DNA of 64,000 nt, from contig CAWANJ010000006.1 of NCBI GenBank assembly GCA_963783385.1, forward strand, positions 1-64,000, in the 5' to 3' direction. Each line of letters starts with the position of its first letter. Positions within the stretch are counted from its first letter, which is position 1. The position numbers and the translations under genes are program-made. Source of the stretch: an uncultured Gemmatimonadales bacterium. Its GTDB lineage: Bacteria > Gemmatimonadota > Gemmatimonadetes > Palauibacterales > Palauibacteraceae. Of this stretch, positions 29,686 through 40,182 are shown piece by piece. The notes beneath the pieces were generated by a model, which saw only the letters and a list, made by a program, of their open reading frames with translations, was not told where the DNA came from and made no database searches.

Positions 29686-30894
29686 ATGACGAAGCCCGAG
29701 CAGCGCCCGATCTCCGGGGAGCCGCCCCCACGCGGCGTCGACTGCGGCCGCCCCAGGCTCGTCGGCCCCGCCCTGGGGCTGGTGTTCGCGGCCACCTTCG
29801 GCGCGCTCACCAGCTTCTACGTGCTGCTCTCGGTCCTGCCTCGCTACGCGGTGAGCGTGGGCGCGGGAACCGTCGGGGCCGGGCTGACCACCGGCGCCCT
29901 CATGCTCACCACCACGGCCACCGAGCTGGCCACGCCGTGGCTGGTGTCGAAGCTGGGCCAGCGGACCACGTTCGCGGCGGGCCTGGTGCTGCTGGGCCTC
30001 CCCGCCCTCGCCCTTCCGGCCGCCTCGAGTCTGGTCGCGATCGCGGCCGTGTGCCTGGTGCGCGGGGTCGGGTTCGCGATCCTGGTCGTGATGGGGAGCG
30101 CGCTGGTGGCGGTGCTGTCGCCGCCGGAGCGGCTGGGCGAGGGGCTGGGGCTGTACGGCGTGGTGGCGGGCGTGCCCTGGGTCGCGGCCCTGCCCCTGGG
30201 GCTGTGGCTGGCGGCCCACGCCGGCTACGACGTGGTGTTCGTCATTGGCGGCCTGAGCGCGCTGGCGGGGCTCGCGGCCCTGCCGGGCGTGCCGCGCGGC
30301 CGGCCGGCCCGGCTCCCGCGGTGGGCAGTCCTGGGGACGCTCCGCATGCCGGCGCAGCGGCGTCCGGCGCTCGTGTTCATGACGACCGCGGTGGCCGCGG
30401 GCGCGCTCATGACCTTCCTGCCCCTCGCTCTGCCGGAGGGATCCGGAAGCGGCGCGGCGGGCGCCCTGCTCGTGTTCGCGGCGGCCTCCACGCTGGCCCG
30501 CTGGTGGACCGGGCGCCACACGGACCGGCATCCCTCCCGGCAGCTCCTGGCGCCCGCCGTGCTGGCGACCGCGGTCGGAACGGCCCTGCTGGCCGTGCCC
30601 GGGGGAGCGATCACGGTCATAGCGGCGATGGTCCTGGCCGGCACCGGCTTCGGCGTGGCCCAGAACGCCAGCCTCACGAGCATGTTCGCGCGGGCGGGCG
30701 GCGCCTCGCACGACATGGTGAGCGCGGTGTGGAACCTGGCCTACGACGCGGGCCTCGGCGCGGGAGGGTTCGGCTTCGGTCTGGTGGCGGCGCGCTCCGG
30801 CTTCCCCGCCGCCTTCGCGATCACGGCCGGGGTGATGCTGGCGGCGCTGGCGCTCGTGGGGGCGCGTGCGGCCGCACCGCCCGAATGTCGCTGA
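29686..30894 (+). CDS. MFS transporter
   Basis: About 12 TM segments; PPERLGEGLGLYG; WNLAYDAG. Confidence 0.9.
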   Translation: MTKPEQRPISGEPPPRGVDCGRPRLVGPALGLVFAATFGALTSFYVLLSVLPRYAVSVGAGTVGAGLTTGALMLTTTATELATPWLVSKLGQRTTFAAGLVLLGLPALALPAASSLVAIAAVCLVRGVGFAILVVMGSALVAVLSPPERLGEGLGLYGVVAGVPWVAALPLGLWLAAHAGYDVVFVIGGLSALAGLAALPGVPRGRPARLPRWAVLGTLRMPAQRRPALVFMTTAVAAGALMTFLPLALPEGSGSGAAGALLVFAAASTLARWWTGRHTDRHPSRQLLAPAVLATAVGTALLAVPGGAITVIAAMVLAGTGFGVAQNASLTSMFARAGGASHDMVSAVWNLAYDAGLGAGGFGFGLVAARSGFPAAFAITAGVMLAALALVGARAAAPPECR

Positions 30895-30928
30895 CCGGGC
30901 GCGGCCGGGACTCTACCAGGAGGATCAC

Positions 30929-31726
30929 ATGCGTATCGCCGCCCTGTACGACATCCACGGGAACCTCCCGGCGCTCGAGGCCGTGCTCGCGGCGATCGAC
31001 GACGAGGCGGTGGACGAGGTCGTGGTCGGGGGTGACGTGCTGCCGGGGCCCATGCCGACCGAGTGCCTGGCATGCCTGCGGAGCCTGGAGCTCCCGGTCC
31101 GCTTCCTCCGCGGCAACGGGGAGCGCGAGGTGCTCGCCGCGCGCGAAGGGCGGGAATCCGACAGGCTTCCCGCCGGCGTGGCCGAGGCGCTCCGCTGGAC
31201 CGCCGCGCAGCTCTCCCCCCGGGAAGCGGAGTTCCTGGGCTCCTGGCCGGCCACGGTGCGGCTCGACGTCGGCGGCCTGGGGCACCTGCTCTTCTGTCAC
31301 GCCACTCCCGACTCCGACGACCGGATCTTCACGCGGCGCACGCCGGGGACCTCATTGCGGCCGGCGTTCGAGAGCGTGCATGCCGACGTCGTCGTGTGCG
31401 GGCACACGCACATGCCCTTCGACCGGACGGTGGGCGCCGCGCGGGTCGTGAACGCCGGGAGCGTGGGGATGTCGTTCGGGGATCCGGGGGCACGCTGGCT
31501 CCGGCTCGGTCCGGGGGTCGAGCTCCGCCACACTCCGTACGACCTTCGCGAGGCGGCCGAGCGGATCCGGGCCACGGACTTCCCGGGCGCGGCGGAGTTC
31601 GCCGACAGCGCGGTCCTCCATCCTCCGTCGGAGGAGGCGATGCTCGAGACGTTCGAGAGGGCGGCGAGCGCGGCGAGCGGGGGAAGCCGCACGGCGAGCG
31701 ACGCGGGGGATCCGGAGAGCTCGTAG
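30929..31726 (+). CDS. Metallophosphoesterase (YfcE-like)
   Basis: DIHGN, GGDV, GNGE, CHATP, GHTH, NAGSVG. Confidence 0.9.
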   Translation: MRIAALYDIHGNLPALEAVLAAIDDEAVDEVVVGGDVLPGPMPTECLACLRSLELPVRFLRGNGEREVLAAREGRESDRLPAGVAEALRWTAAQLSPREAEFLGSWPATVRLDVGGLGHLLFCHATPDSDDRIFTRRTPGTSLRPAFESVHADVVVCGHTHMPFDRTVGAARVVNAGSVGMSFGDPGARWLRLGPGVELRHTPYDLREAAERIRATDFPGAAEFADSAVLHPPSEEAMLETFERAASAASGGSRTASDAGDPESS

Positions 31727-31785
31727 ACCGCGAGCGGTGCGCCCGGTCCCCCGGGGGCCCGGAGGACGAGGTGGAAGCGGGAGGG

Positions 31786-32223
31786 TTACTCCGCCGCGGG
31801 CCGCCGCTCCGAGGGGTAGTCCACGATGTTCGACCACTCGGAGGCATCCGAGCGCGCCACGACGGCCACCACGGGCTCGGTGTCCGACAGGTTCAGGACC
31901 TCGTGGGGCACGCCGGGCTCAATGAAGATGAAGTCGCCGGGGCCGTTCTCCATCGAGCTCTCCAGGTTCTCGCCGTACTCGTGCCGCACCCGTCCCTCGA
32001 GGATGAAGAGCATGACCTCGAAATCCACGTGGATGTGCGCGTAGGCGACCGCCCCGGGCGGCACGGTGGCGACATTCATGGACAGCTGCCGGGCGCCGAC
32101 GTTCTTCGCCGACAGCCCGGTCCGGTAGCGGATCCCGTTCCAGCCGCGGTGGATCTCGGGGCTCCGGATGCACAGGATGCCGCCGCCGTCCTCGACGTGG
32201 CGGCTCAGGTCCTCGTGGTCCAT
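31786..32223 (-). CDS. Cupin domain protein
   Basis: VPPGAVAYAHIH...GDFIFIEPGVPH. Confidence 0.88.
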   Translation of the reverse strand: MDHEDLSRHVEDGGGILCIRSPEIHRGWNGIRYRTGLSAKNVGARQLSMNVATVPPGAVAYAHIHVDFEVMLFILEGRVRHEYGENLESSMENGPGDFIFIEPGVPHEVLNLSDTEPVVAVVARSDASEWSNIVDYPSERRPAAE

Positions 32224-32383
32224 GGGATCTCCAGCGCTGATGCGTCCGGGCCGCGCCGGCGCGGGGATGCGGCGAACCGCCGGAACCCACGCGCCGGGAA
32301 TCTCCGTTTCATGTTCGGGAACCCGGAGACGTTCCGCCATGGCGGGCGAGCTCGGCACTACGTCCCGACGCGGGAGGTGTGAG

Positions 32384-33052
32384 GTGGACTGCTCCGATCC
32401 GCGGCAGACCCGTCGGAGGGCGGTCTTGCGCCTCCTCGTCTTCGGCGCCGCCGCGGCGGTGGGAGCCGGGACGCTCTCGGGCGCGCAGGCACAAATCCCA
32501 TGGAGCGTCTCGCTGGGGGTGGGTTACGCTGCGCCCCTGCACGGCTTCGGCGACGCCGGCGGATCCTACGCGCTCACGCTCGATCTCTTCCGCCGCGTCC
32601 GTCCCTCCCTGCAGGTGGGGCTCGAGGGCGGCTACCACCGGCTCGGGACCCACACGACGGACATCCCGGACTTCTCGGGGCCCGGGAGCTCGCTCGTCGA
32701 GCGACTGTCGTGGGAGATGTTCACGGCCGACGCCCTCCTCCGGGCGGGACCCGCGAGCGGGCGCTTCCGGCCGTACGTCGTGGGCGGAGGAGGGGTGGGC
32801 GTGGCCCGCTCCCGGGATCGCATCCACGCGGTGGACGCCTCGGGTGCCCCCCTCCCGATGTACGCGTTCGACGCGACGACCTCCTCGACGCACGCCACGG
32901 CCACGGTCGGCGCCGGAGCCGACCTTCCCGACGCGTTCGGGCACCTCGACGCGGGGCTCGAGCTACGCTGGTACGGTCTCCTGTCCGTGTCGGCCGAGAG
33001 CGCGGGCCTGGCGCAGTACGGCGTCGCCTCGCTGAGGCTGAGCCTCCCCTAG
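32384..33052 (+). CDS. Outer-membrane beta-barrel domain protein
   Basis: Signal with TRRRAVL; alternating beta strands; RFRPYVVGGGGVG. Confidence 0.65.
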   Translation: MDCSDPRQTRRRAVLRLLVFGAAAAVGAGTLSGAQAQIPWSVSLGVGYAAPLHGFGDAGGSYALTLDLFRRVRPSLQVGLEGGYHRLGTHTTDIPDFSGPGSSLVERLSWEMFTADALLRAGPASGRFRPYVVGGGGVGVARSRDRIHAVDASGAPLPMYAFDATTSSTHATATVGAGADLPDAFGHLDAGLELRWYGLLSVSAESAGLAQYGVASLRLSLP

Positions 33053-33066
33053 ACCGGGAACACACC

Positions 33067-33120
33067 ATGGACTTCGACCTCGAGCGAGGCATAGCCGTCC
33101 TCCGCCGCACCCCCGGGGGC
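33067..33120 (+). pseudogene. N-terminal stub of a DinB-family gene
   Basis: MDFDLERGIAVLRRTPG resembles DinB-like N-termini, then similarity is lost. Confidence 0.4.
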
Positions 33121-33236
33121 CGCGGCGCCGGGGCCGCGGCTCGGCGGATTTCACGGGCGCCGCGCTCGAGGCGTCCACGGAACGACGGCGGCGAACGAAC
33201 ACACCCATTCCCCGCGAGAGCCACGAGGAGCGCAAC

Positions 33237-33779
33237 ATGTCCGTGTTCAGCAATCCGGCCTCCGCGACCGCCGAGGAGACGCAGGCCTACATCGACGCCA
33301 TCCTCGACCTCCTGGGCGACCGCGACCCGGTCGACGCCCTGGCGTCGACGCCGCCGGCTCTCCGGCGGGTGTTGAGCGAGGTCCCGGCCGACAGCCTCGT
33401 CGTGCCCGAGGCGGCGGGGAAGTGGTCGATCCGGGACGTGCTCCGGCACCTGGCGGACTCGGAGATCGCGTGGAGCTGGCGCCTTCGGATGACGCTGGCG
33501 CAGGACCGGCCGCGCCTCACCGGCTGGGATCAGGACGCGTGGGCCGACGCCCTCCTCTACGCCACCGCGGACGCCGGGGAAGCGCTCGCCACGTTCGAGG
33601 GTCTTCGGCGAGAGAACGTCCGCCTCCTGCGCGGCGTCCCGGACGAGGCGCTCGACCGCGCGGCGGCGCACGAGGAGCGAGGTGAGGAGAGCGTCCGGTT
33701 CATGACGAAGCTGTACGCCGGACACGACCTCCTGCATCTTCGGCAAATCGACCGCATCCGCGGGTCGATCGGCACCTGA
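33237..33779 (+). CDS. DinB family protein
   Basis: GKWSIRDVLRHLADSE...DQDAW...AGHDLLHLRQI. Confidence 0.9.
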   Translation: MSVFSNPASATAEETQAYIDAILDLLGDRDPVDALASTPPALRRVLSEVPADSLVVPEAAGKWSIRDVLRHLADSEIAWSWRLRMTLAQDRPRLTGWDQDAWADALLYATADAGEALATFEGLRRENVRLLRGVPDEALDRAAAHEERGEESVRFMTKLYAGHDLLHLRQIDRIRGSIGT

Positions 33780-33814
33780 CGGGCGGCGGAAGGACTCTCG
33801 GGGAGGACGGGCCG

Positions 33815-34351
33815 CTGACGGAGAGCCAGACGCTCGGCGACGGGAGCGCCGGAGCCGGCGGCACGGAGCCGTGCCCGGGCTGCGGAGCCCTCGTCCCGGG
33901 GGGCGACGGACCCACCCACCGCTACCTGGGCGCCTCCCCGGGCTGCTGGGCGGCGTTCGGCCGGGTGCTGGCCCGCGAGTACTCGGACCCGGCGTTCATG
34001 GCCGTGCACGGCCTCACGGTGGACGCCTACGCCGTCCAGCATCCCGGCTCGCCGTCGCCCCAGACCATCCACTCGGCGGGCGTGCACCTGGTGGCCCTGC
34101 ACCTGGTGCTGGAGGGCGGACGGGGCGTGATGGAGGCCGCCCGCTTCCGGCAGCGAGCCGTGGAGCGGATCCGGGACCGGTTCACGTGGCTCGAGCCGCC
34201 GCCCTCGCTCGGCGCGCTCACCGTGCTGGACGTGGAGGGCGCGGCCGACGCCGCCGAGCACGAGGCCCGCGTCCACGTCTGGGCCCGGGCGGTGTGGGAG
34301 GCATGGAGCCCACACCACGCGACCGTGCGGGCGTGGGCGGCGCGGCTCTGA
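33815..34351 (+). CDS. DUF5946-like protein (probable CTG start)
   Basis: CPGCG..THRYLGASPGCW...LTVDAYAVQHP; GGAGGA RBS before CTG 33815. Confidence 0.75.
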   Translation: MTESQTLGDGSAGAGGTEPCPGCGALVPGGDGPTHRYLGASPGCWAAFGRVLAREYSDPAFMAVHGLTVDAYAVQHPGSPSPQTIHSAGVHLVALHLVLEGGRGVMEAARFRQRAVERIRDRFTWLEPPPSLGALTVLDVEGAADAAEHEARVHVWARAVWEAWSPHHATVRAWAARL

Positions 34352-34463
34352 CGCACTGGCAGCGGGGTGGCCGCGACGGGGGTCCTCGTCGTAACCTCCT
34401 CGGGTTCGCCGCCGACTCGGAACCTCCCGCTCACCGTCCAGCGCCTCGCGAAAGGACCCGCCC

Positions 34464-35432
34464 GTGTCCGACGCCGCTCCCTCCATGGAAGCGAACCGGG
34501 CCGACCGCTCCACCTGGATCTGGGGGCGCCGCCTGCGCTGGTTCGGGGCCGAGTTCCTGGTCGTCGCGAGCGGCGTGCTGGTCGCGATCGCGCTGAACGC
34601 CTGGTACCAGGGCCGCCGGGACGCGGCCACCGAGGCGACCTACCTGGCGCTCCTGTCCCGGGACGTCGAGCACACCATGGCCGACCTCCGGGAGGCCGCC
34701 GCGTGGGAGCGGTCGCAGGAGCTGAACGGCCTCGTGGCCTATCGGGCCTTCAGCTCGAGACGCGCCGGGCCCGAGCCCGACTCGGTTCGCGTGGCGCTCA
34801 CGAACCTTCTCGTCCGGCGCACGGCCACGCTGTCCAAGGCGACCTACGAGGACCTGCTCAGCACCGGGAGCCTGGGTCTGATCGGGAACCGGGCCCTGCG
34901 TGACCGCATCGTCCGCTTCTACGACGCGTCGACGACCCTGACCGACATCCTCAACCGGAACAACACGGCCTTCGTGGATGGACTCTACAACCGGACCCTG
35001 CTGGCGAGCGGGCTCATCCTGCCGAAGGTGCTGCCCGGCTCGCTCGGCGGCCGGGGCCTGAGCCTCTCCGACTCCCTCCTCGTCGCGGGGCTCCGGGGAG
35101 GCTACGACGACGAGCCCGATCCCCTGTGGAGCCTGCCCCGAGAGGACCCGGCGTGGGCCCGGGCCCGCTCCGTCCTCCTGACGCGCATGACGACGGCGTC
35201 GGTATCGCGCCAGTCCGACGAGTCCATGCTCGAGCAGGCCCGCGCCCTGAAGCGGGCGCTGGACGCGGAGCGGCGTGCGGCTCGGAGCGCTCCCCCCGGA
35301 CTCCACGACACCGGCACCCGACGATCGCGATCGACCTGGAGAGCGTGTGGATCGTCAACGATGACCGGGTGCTGGCCTCGGTCCGGAGGTTGGTGGTCGC
35401 GGCGGACGGGTTCGATTACCGCCTGGAGATGA
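34464..35432 (+). CDS. DUF6090-like protein (C-terminus probably runs on past a lost stop at ~35290)
   Basis: RWFGAEFLVVASGVLVAIALNAW; TYEDLLSTGSLGLIGNRALRDRIVRFY. Confidence 0.7.
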   Translation: MSDAAPSMEANRADRSTWIWGRRLRWFGAEFLVVASGVLVAIALNAWYQGRRDAATEATYLALLSRDVEHTMADLREAAAWERSQELNGLVAYRAFSSRRAGPEPDSVRVALTNLLVRRTATLSKATYEDLLSTGSLGLIGNRALRDRIVRFYDASTTLTDILNRNNTAFVDGLYNRTLLASGLILPKVLPGSLGGRGLSLSDSLLVAGLRGGYDDEPDPLWSLPREDPAWARARSVLLTRMTTASVSRQSDESMLEQARALKRALDAERRAARSAPPGLHDTGTRRSRSTWRACGSSTMTGCWPRSGGWWSRRTGSITAWR

Positions 35433-35582
35433 GCCTGCGCACGCATCCGGCGGCGCGGCTTCACATGGCCGAGGCGAGCGCCGCCGCGAGAGGCGGTCTG
35501 TCAGCGAAGTGCTGGAACGGCGATCTTGTAGCCGTCGCCGGGACACGAATCGACCGGCGCCGTCCGCTCACGGGAGCCGACT

Positions 35583-35930
35583 ATGTGTGAAGCCATTCGA
35601 CAATTCGACCAGGACGAGTACGCTCGGGTCCTGGACAGCCACAGAGCCCGCGCCTGCGGGCTGAGTCAGGGCGCTTGCGAGGCCATTCTCGTGGAGCACG
35701 GCGCGGACGACCAGCAGGCCAAGAACGGCGCGTACAACTATCTGCACCTCGGTCCGCACCACACCTCGACCCGCCGCGGCTCCCAGTCGGAGTACGACCG
35801 CCTCCTGCACGCGTTCGGGGCCCGCGACAAGAGTCCGAGGGACTGCGTCGAGTACCTCGAGAGCCTGGGGTTCGGCTACGGCCAGTGCAAGACGGCCGTG
35901 TACAACTTCCGAGAGGAGCTCGGGCTCTGA
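35583..35930 (+). CDS. Hypothetical protein made of two ~45-aa helical repeats
   Basis: EYARVL...GACEAILVEHG..QQAKNGAYNY vs EYDRLL...RDCVEYLESLG..GQCKTAVYNF. Confidence 0.6.
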   Translation: MCEAIRQFDQDEYARVLDSHRARACGLSQGACEAILVEHGADDQQAKNGAYNYLHLGPHHTSTRRGSQSEYDRLLHAFGARDKSPRDCVEYLESLGFGYGQCKTAVYNFREELGL

Positions 35931-35940
35931 GGGAGGAGGA

Positions 35941-36542
35941 GTGAGGTCGCCGGCCCCCCGCCCGAACGGACGGAGGACCGCCTGAGCCTGTGGCGCGAGC
36001 TCCTGGTCACGACCGCCGGCGTCCTGCTCGGCGGCCTCGGCGCCCTGGCGCTGGCCCGCTGGCAGCTCCGGCACCAGTCGGCCGCGGAGCGTCGGCGCAC
36101 GCGGGAGCACCTGGCCTCGAGCGTCGAGTGGCTCCGGCTGGAGCTCCGGGAGAACGAGGAGCTGGTGACCGAGCTCCGGCGCGTGTTCACCAGGGGCTCG
36201 ACGCCGCGGGCGGATCTGCTCCGCTGGGCCGGAAGCATCGCCGAGGCGCTGGCCTTCGACGCGCAGGCCGACCTGATCCGCTCCGGCTACCACCGCCAGC
36301 TCTCTCCCGAGCTGGAACGGGCGATCCTCACGACCCTCCAGACGACGACGGCGCTCCGGAACAGGCTCCGGCAGGCGGATCCGGCCGTGGATTTCTACGT
36401 GAACTGCTGCGGCGAGGAAGAGGCCGCGCATCGGCTGGTCGAAGAGCTGCGCGAGGAGACGGACGCCGCGGTCGTGGAGCTGGCGGCCACGCGGCGACGC
36501 CTGGATGGGGCCGGACACGAGCTCGGGATCGAGACCCGATGA
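35941..36542 (+). CDS. Hypothetical TM + coiled-coil protein (probable indel in the C6 run at ~35955)
   Basis: WRELLVTTAGVLLGGLGALALARW...LRLELRENEE; GGAGG RBS before GTG. Confidence 0.5.
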
Positions 36543-36561
36543 ACAACCGGACCCGCCACGG

Positions 36562-36912
36562 ATGACCGCACTCGAGAGCATCAACCTGGCCCTGCGCGCC
36601 CTCATGGAGGCGGGGATCGTGCTCGGCCTGGGCTACTGGGGATGGCACGAGGGCCGCTCGACCTTCACGCGAGTGCTCCTAGCCCTGGCCGTGCCGACGG
36701 CGGGCTTCGGGTTCTGGGGGGCGGTGGACTTCCGGGGCGCGGGGAGGGCCGCCGAGGGCCTGCGGCTCGCGCAGGAGCTGGCCGTCTCCGGCCTGGCGGC
36801 CGTGGCCCTGTACGTGGCCGGGGCGCGCGCGCTCGGCTGGGCGCTGGGCGCCGTGTCGGTGGTCCACCACGCGCTGGTGTACCTGACGGGGGGCAGACTC
36901 CTGAAGGACTGA
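36562..36912 (+). CDS. YrdB (DUF2568) family membrane protein
   Basis: NLALRALMEAGIVLGLGYWG...FWG...RLAQEL. Confidence 0.8.
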   Translation: MTALESINLALRALMEAGIVLGLGYWGWHEGRSTFTRVLLALAVPTAGFGFWGAVDFRGAGRAAEGLRLAQELAVSGLAAVALYVAGARALGWALGAVSVVHHALVYLTGGRLLKD

Positions 36913-36930
36913 GCCGCGCGGCGGGTGCGG

Positions 36931-37873
36931 TTACGCCGACGCCGCGTCCTCCGCGCGAATCCGCAGCGCCGTCCCCCACGGATCCCGGACGAGCCCGCCG
37001 TCCGCGGAACGCTCGGCGGCGTGCCCGGCCGTCTCGAGGCTGGCCAGCGCTCCCTCCGCGGCGTCGGCCGACGGGACCCGGAGCTCCCACTCGAGGAGCT
37101 GTGCCTCGTCTTCGGGCGGAGGCGCGGCCAGGGCCGCCCAGCTGTTGAGCCCCAGGTGGTGGTGGTAGCCGCCCGCCGACAGGAAGAGGGCTCCCGGATA
37201 ACTCCAGACCGTCTGGTCCAGCCCCAGCGCCTCGTGGTAGAACGCCGCGGCCCGGCCCATCTCCCCGACGTGCAGGTGGACGTGGCCCATCCGGGTGCCC
37301 GCGGGCGCGCCGTTCCACGCCTCGGTCCGCCGCCGCCCGCGCCAGGCCCGCCAGGTCCAGGGGCTCGGTGGCCATGAGGAGCTGACGGTCCCGCCAGCGC
37401 CATTCCGACCGCGGCCGGTCCGCGTACACCTCGATCCCGAGGCCGTCCGGATCCCGCAGGTAGAGGGCCTCGCTCACCAGGTGGTCGGCCGAGCCCGCGC
37501 GCTCGCGGAGCTCGGCCAGGTGCCCCAGGAAGCGACCCAGGGCGGCGCGGTCGGGGAGAAGGAGGGCGAAGTGGTAGAGCCCGGGCCGGCCCCGGGGCGG
37601 GGACGGCGTCGCACCACGCCGCTCCTGGAGCTCCACCAGGGGCGAAGGGGCGCCGGAGGCCTCCGCGCCCAGGGAGGCGCCCTCCCCCGAGCGCCCGAGC
37701 ACCCTCAGCCCGAGGACGCGCTCATAGTAGTCCACGGAGCGCTCCAGGTCCGAGACCCGGAGCCGCACGCGGCCCGGCCGCGTGCCGGGCGGCAGGCGAC
37801 AGCCGGGAGGGGGCACCCCATAGGGGAGGGCCCCGGGAGCTCCGGGACGGGCGTCGCCCATCCCGCTCGTCAC
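36931..37873 (-). CDS. VOC family catechol-2,3-dioxygenase-like protein (CatE/YfiE), frameshift at ~37325
   Basis: GLYHFALLLP, DHLVSEALYLRDPDGLGIEVYADRP, MGHVHL, AGGYHHHLGLNSW. Confidence 0.88.
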
Positions 37874-37945
37874 GAGGACGGGCGGGCGCCGGACTCCCGA
37901 TCGCGGAGGCCCGGCGCTCCGTGCCGTGGGGTCATGCCGCCCGGG

Positions 37946-38734
37946 TCACGTCCCGGCGAAGCCGGAGAACACGAAGTGGTACGCCTGCGCGTTCGCGTCC
38001 CATTCGGCCCGGAAGGACGTCGGATGCCGTCCGGTCATGCCGGGGACGTCCGGAATCGGGTAGGAGAAGGACTGCTTCTTCATGAGCAGCTCCTTCGTGA
38101 GCATTGGCTCCATGAAGATCGGCTTGCCGGCGAAGTAGCCGACGATCATGTCGCCCGTGAACAGATGGTCGCTCTCCAGCTCCGCGGTCGGCACGGCGTG
38201 CATGCCCATCTGGGGCACACACAGCCCGACCAGCGTGTCGACGCCCACCACCTTGGCCATCTCCGGGGGCAGCGCGATGTCCGGCAGGGTGTATCCCTCC
38301 GGAAGGGAGGCCGGCTTGCTCAGGTCCTTGCAGTCGATCGCCGCGATCGCCGCCGGCGGCTCCAGGTAGAAATGGAAGTCGAAGTGCGGCGTCAGGTAGG
38401 GCCCCGGCGGATGACCGTGCGCCTCCCAGTACATGGTGAGCTCGTGGATCCCGCTCTTCCCCTGCACCGAGGCTGGCGTGGCGAGCCTGGCGAGCGCGAC
38501 GGGAGGCCATGCTTCGGGCATCTCGGCGGGCGCGCCCTGGATGCTGGCCAGCGGGATGGTGGCCTGGACGTCGATCACGCTGTCCCCCTGGACGTGGGCC
38601 AGCGTGCACACCTGGGCGCCGTACACGTCCGCGCACGCCCCCTTCACCTCGGTGACCTGCGGCTTGCCGGCGCACGCGCCCAGCAGCGCCGCGCCCAGCA
38701 CGACTATGTGACTTCGGGTGATACGACGGTGCAT
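37946..38734 (-). CDS. DUF5602-like His-rich lipoprotein
   Basis: LLGAC lipobox; HGHPPGPYLTPHFDFHFY; VPQMGMH; FMEPM. Confidence 0.7.
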   Translation of the reverse strand: MHRRITRSHIVVLGAALLGACAGKPQVTEVKGACADVYGAQVCTLAHVQGDSVIDVQATIPLASIQGAPAEMPEAWPPVALARLATPASVQGKSGIHELTMYWEAHGHPPGPYLTPHFDFHFYLEPPAAIAAIDCKDLSKPASLPEGYTLPDIALPPEMAKVVGVDTLVGLCVPQMGMHAVPTAELESDHLFTGDMIVGYFAGKPIFMEPMLTKELLMKKQSFSYPIPDVPGMTGRHPTSFRAEWDANAQAYHFVFSGFAGT

Positions 38735-38956
38735 GACCGCCCCTCCCTGTGTGGAAAGGTCCTGGAACTCGCGTTCACATCCTTTTATGCGGGGCAGTCG
38801 TCAGTCGACGACGTGGCAAGACAGCGGATGTAGCGTGATGATTCGACTTGCACAAGACTCCGGTGGGGAACCATTCGACGACCTCGCTGGTTCGTCGTGC
38901 GCCCCTCTGTTCGAACGAAGACATCGGGAGAAGTGGCCCACCATGAGGAACCCAAC

Positions 38957-39200
38957 ATGAAGCGGCCGGCATCCGAGGGCAGATCCCGCCGGCGGCGCGG
39001 CGTGGGCCGGATCCTCAGTGGAATCGGCGTCGCGGTCGCCGCAGCGGGAGTCTGGATGATCGGCGCTTACGTGGCGCGTGCCGTGAGCGTGCTGGGCTCG
39101 TCGGACCGATCGTGGCTGTTCTGGGGGCTCGCCATCCTGTTCGCGGGTTTCCTGTCCGCCGGGATCGGGGTCACCCTCTTCCTCCTCGGACGCCGTGATC
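38957..39200 (+). CDS. Small 2-TM hypothetical protein (3' end uncertain)
   Basis: Two hydrophobic helices, DRSWLFW; the ORF runs into convergent doxX. Confidence 0.45.
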
Positions 39201-39870
39201 ACCCGGTCGGCGGTGCCGGGACCGCCGGCCTGACGCTCGGCCGCGCCGCCTGGATCCAGCCCGCCAGCACCAGGAGGGCGGCGACGACGCCGGCCCCCAG
39301 ACACAGCCAGATCACGAGCGCGGCTTCGGGGAAGCGCGTGCGCCACAGGAGCCCGAGCCCCGCCAGCGCCCCGAGCGCGTAGCCCGCCCGCTCGACCGTT
39401 GGCAGGGGCGGGTACGGGGGGACGGCGGGCCGTACCGCGGGCTCGAACAGGATCGGCTTCAGCCGGTCCCAGTCCCAGCACAGGAGGAAGGTGACCGCGA
39501 GCAGCATGGGCCCCGTTACGAACGGGGTCCCGCGGAAGCCCACCGCCACCGTGATCACGAAGATGTTGAGCACGATCGGGAAGGCCGCGACCGCTCCGAG
39601 CAGAGAGGCGGCCGGGATGAGCAGCAGGATGCCCGCCGTCACCTGCCCCGCCCCCAGGAAGTTCCAGTACCAGCCCGCCCTGTACAGGGCGTCGAAGAAG
39701 CCCCCGACCGGCGTGTCCACGCCGAGCGCCGTGAAGCGGTGCCCGAGGAGCTTGACGGTGCCGGCGGGGATGAAGGCGAGCGCGAGCAGGATGCGAGAGA
39801 CGATGGCCAGCCGGCGCAGGGCCGGAACGCGCCGCGCGCGAGCGTGAAGCCGGTCGACGGCGTCTTCCAT
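39199..39870 (-). CDS. DoxX family membrane protein
   Basis: RILLALAFIPAGTVKLLGHRF...FPIVLNIFVIT...WDWDRLK. Confidence 0.8.
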   Translation of the reverse strand: MEDAVDRLHARARRVPALRRLAIVSRILLALAFIPAGTVKLLGHRFTALGVDTPVGGFFDALYRAGWYWNFLGAGQVTAGILLLIPAASLLGAVAAFPIVLNIFVITVAVGFRGTPFVTGPMLLAVTFLLCWDWDRLKPILFEPAVRPAVPPYPPLPTVERAGYALGALAGLGLLWRTRFPEAALVIWLCLGAGVVAALLVLAGWIQAARPSVRPAVPAPPTG

Positions 39871-40182
39871 ATCGTTCTCCTCCGGGGGGGTGCGTGTCCA
39901 GCCCGTTCGCTGGCCGCGGACCTACCCCGTGACGTACGAGTCGTCGCGCGTAGGGGGTTTCGGCGCCGGACGACTTTCCATATACAGAAGCTGGACGCCG
40001 AACGCCGGGCGGCCTTGGTGGACTCGACCGGATAGAGACTCTCGTCAGGGGAACGCGACGGCGGCGGCGGAGAAACGGCGTCCCGAGGGCAACGTTCGTC
40101 CTCGCCGGCCACCCCGCTACCGAGCGCTTCCGGTTTCCACTCCTTCGTGCGGGATCCCGGACCTCATGACGATATCCCGAAC

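Noticed and set aside
35928-35930. TGA followed by an in-frame open stretch to 36542 (possible third Sec readthrough)
   Set aside because: No redox motif or SECIS-like hairpin; a GGAGG RBS plus GTG follows immediately, and one missing C in a C6 run explains the downstream gene.
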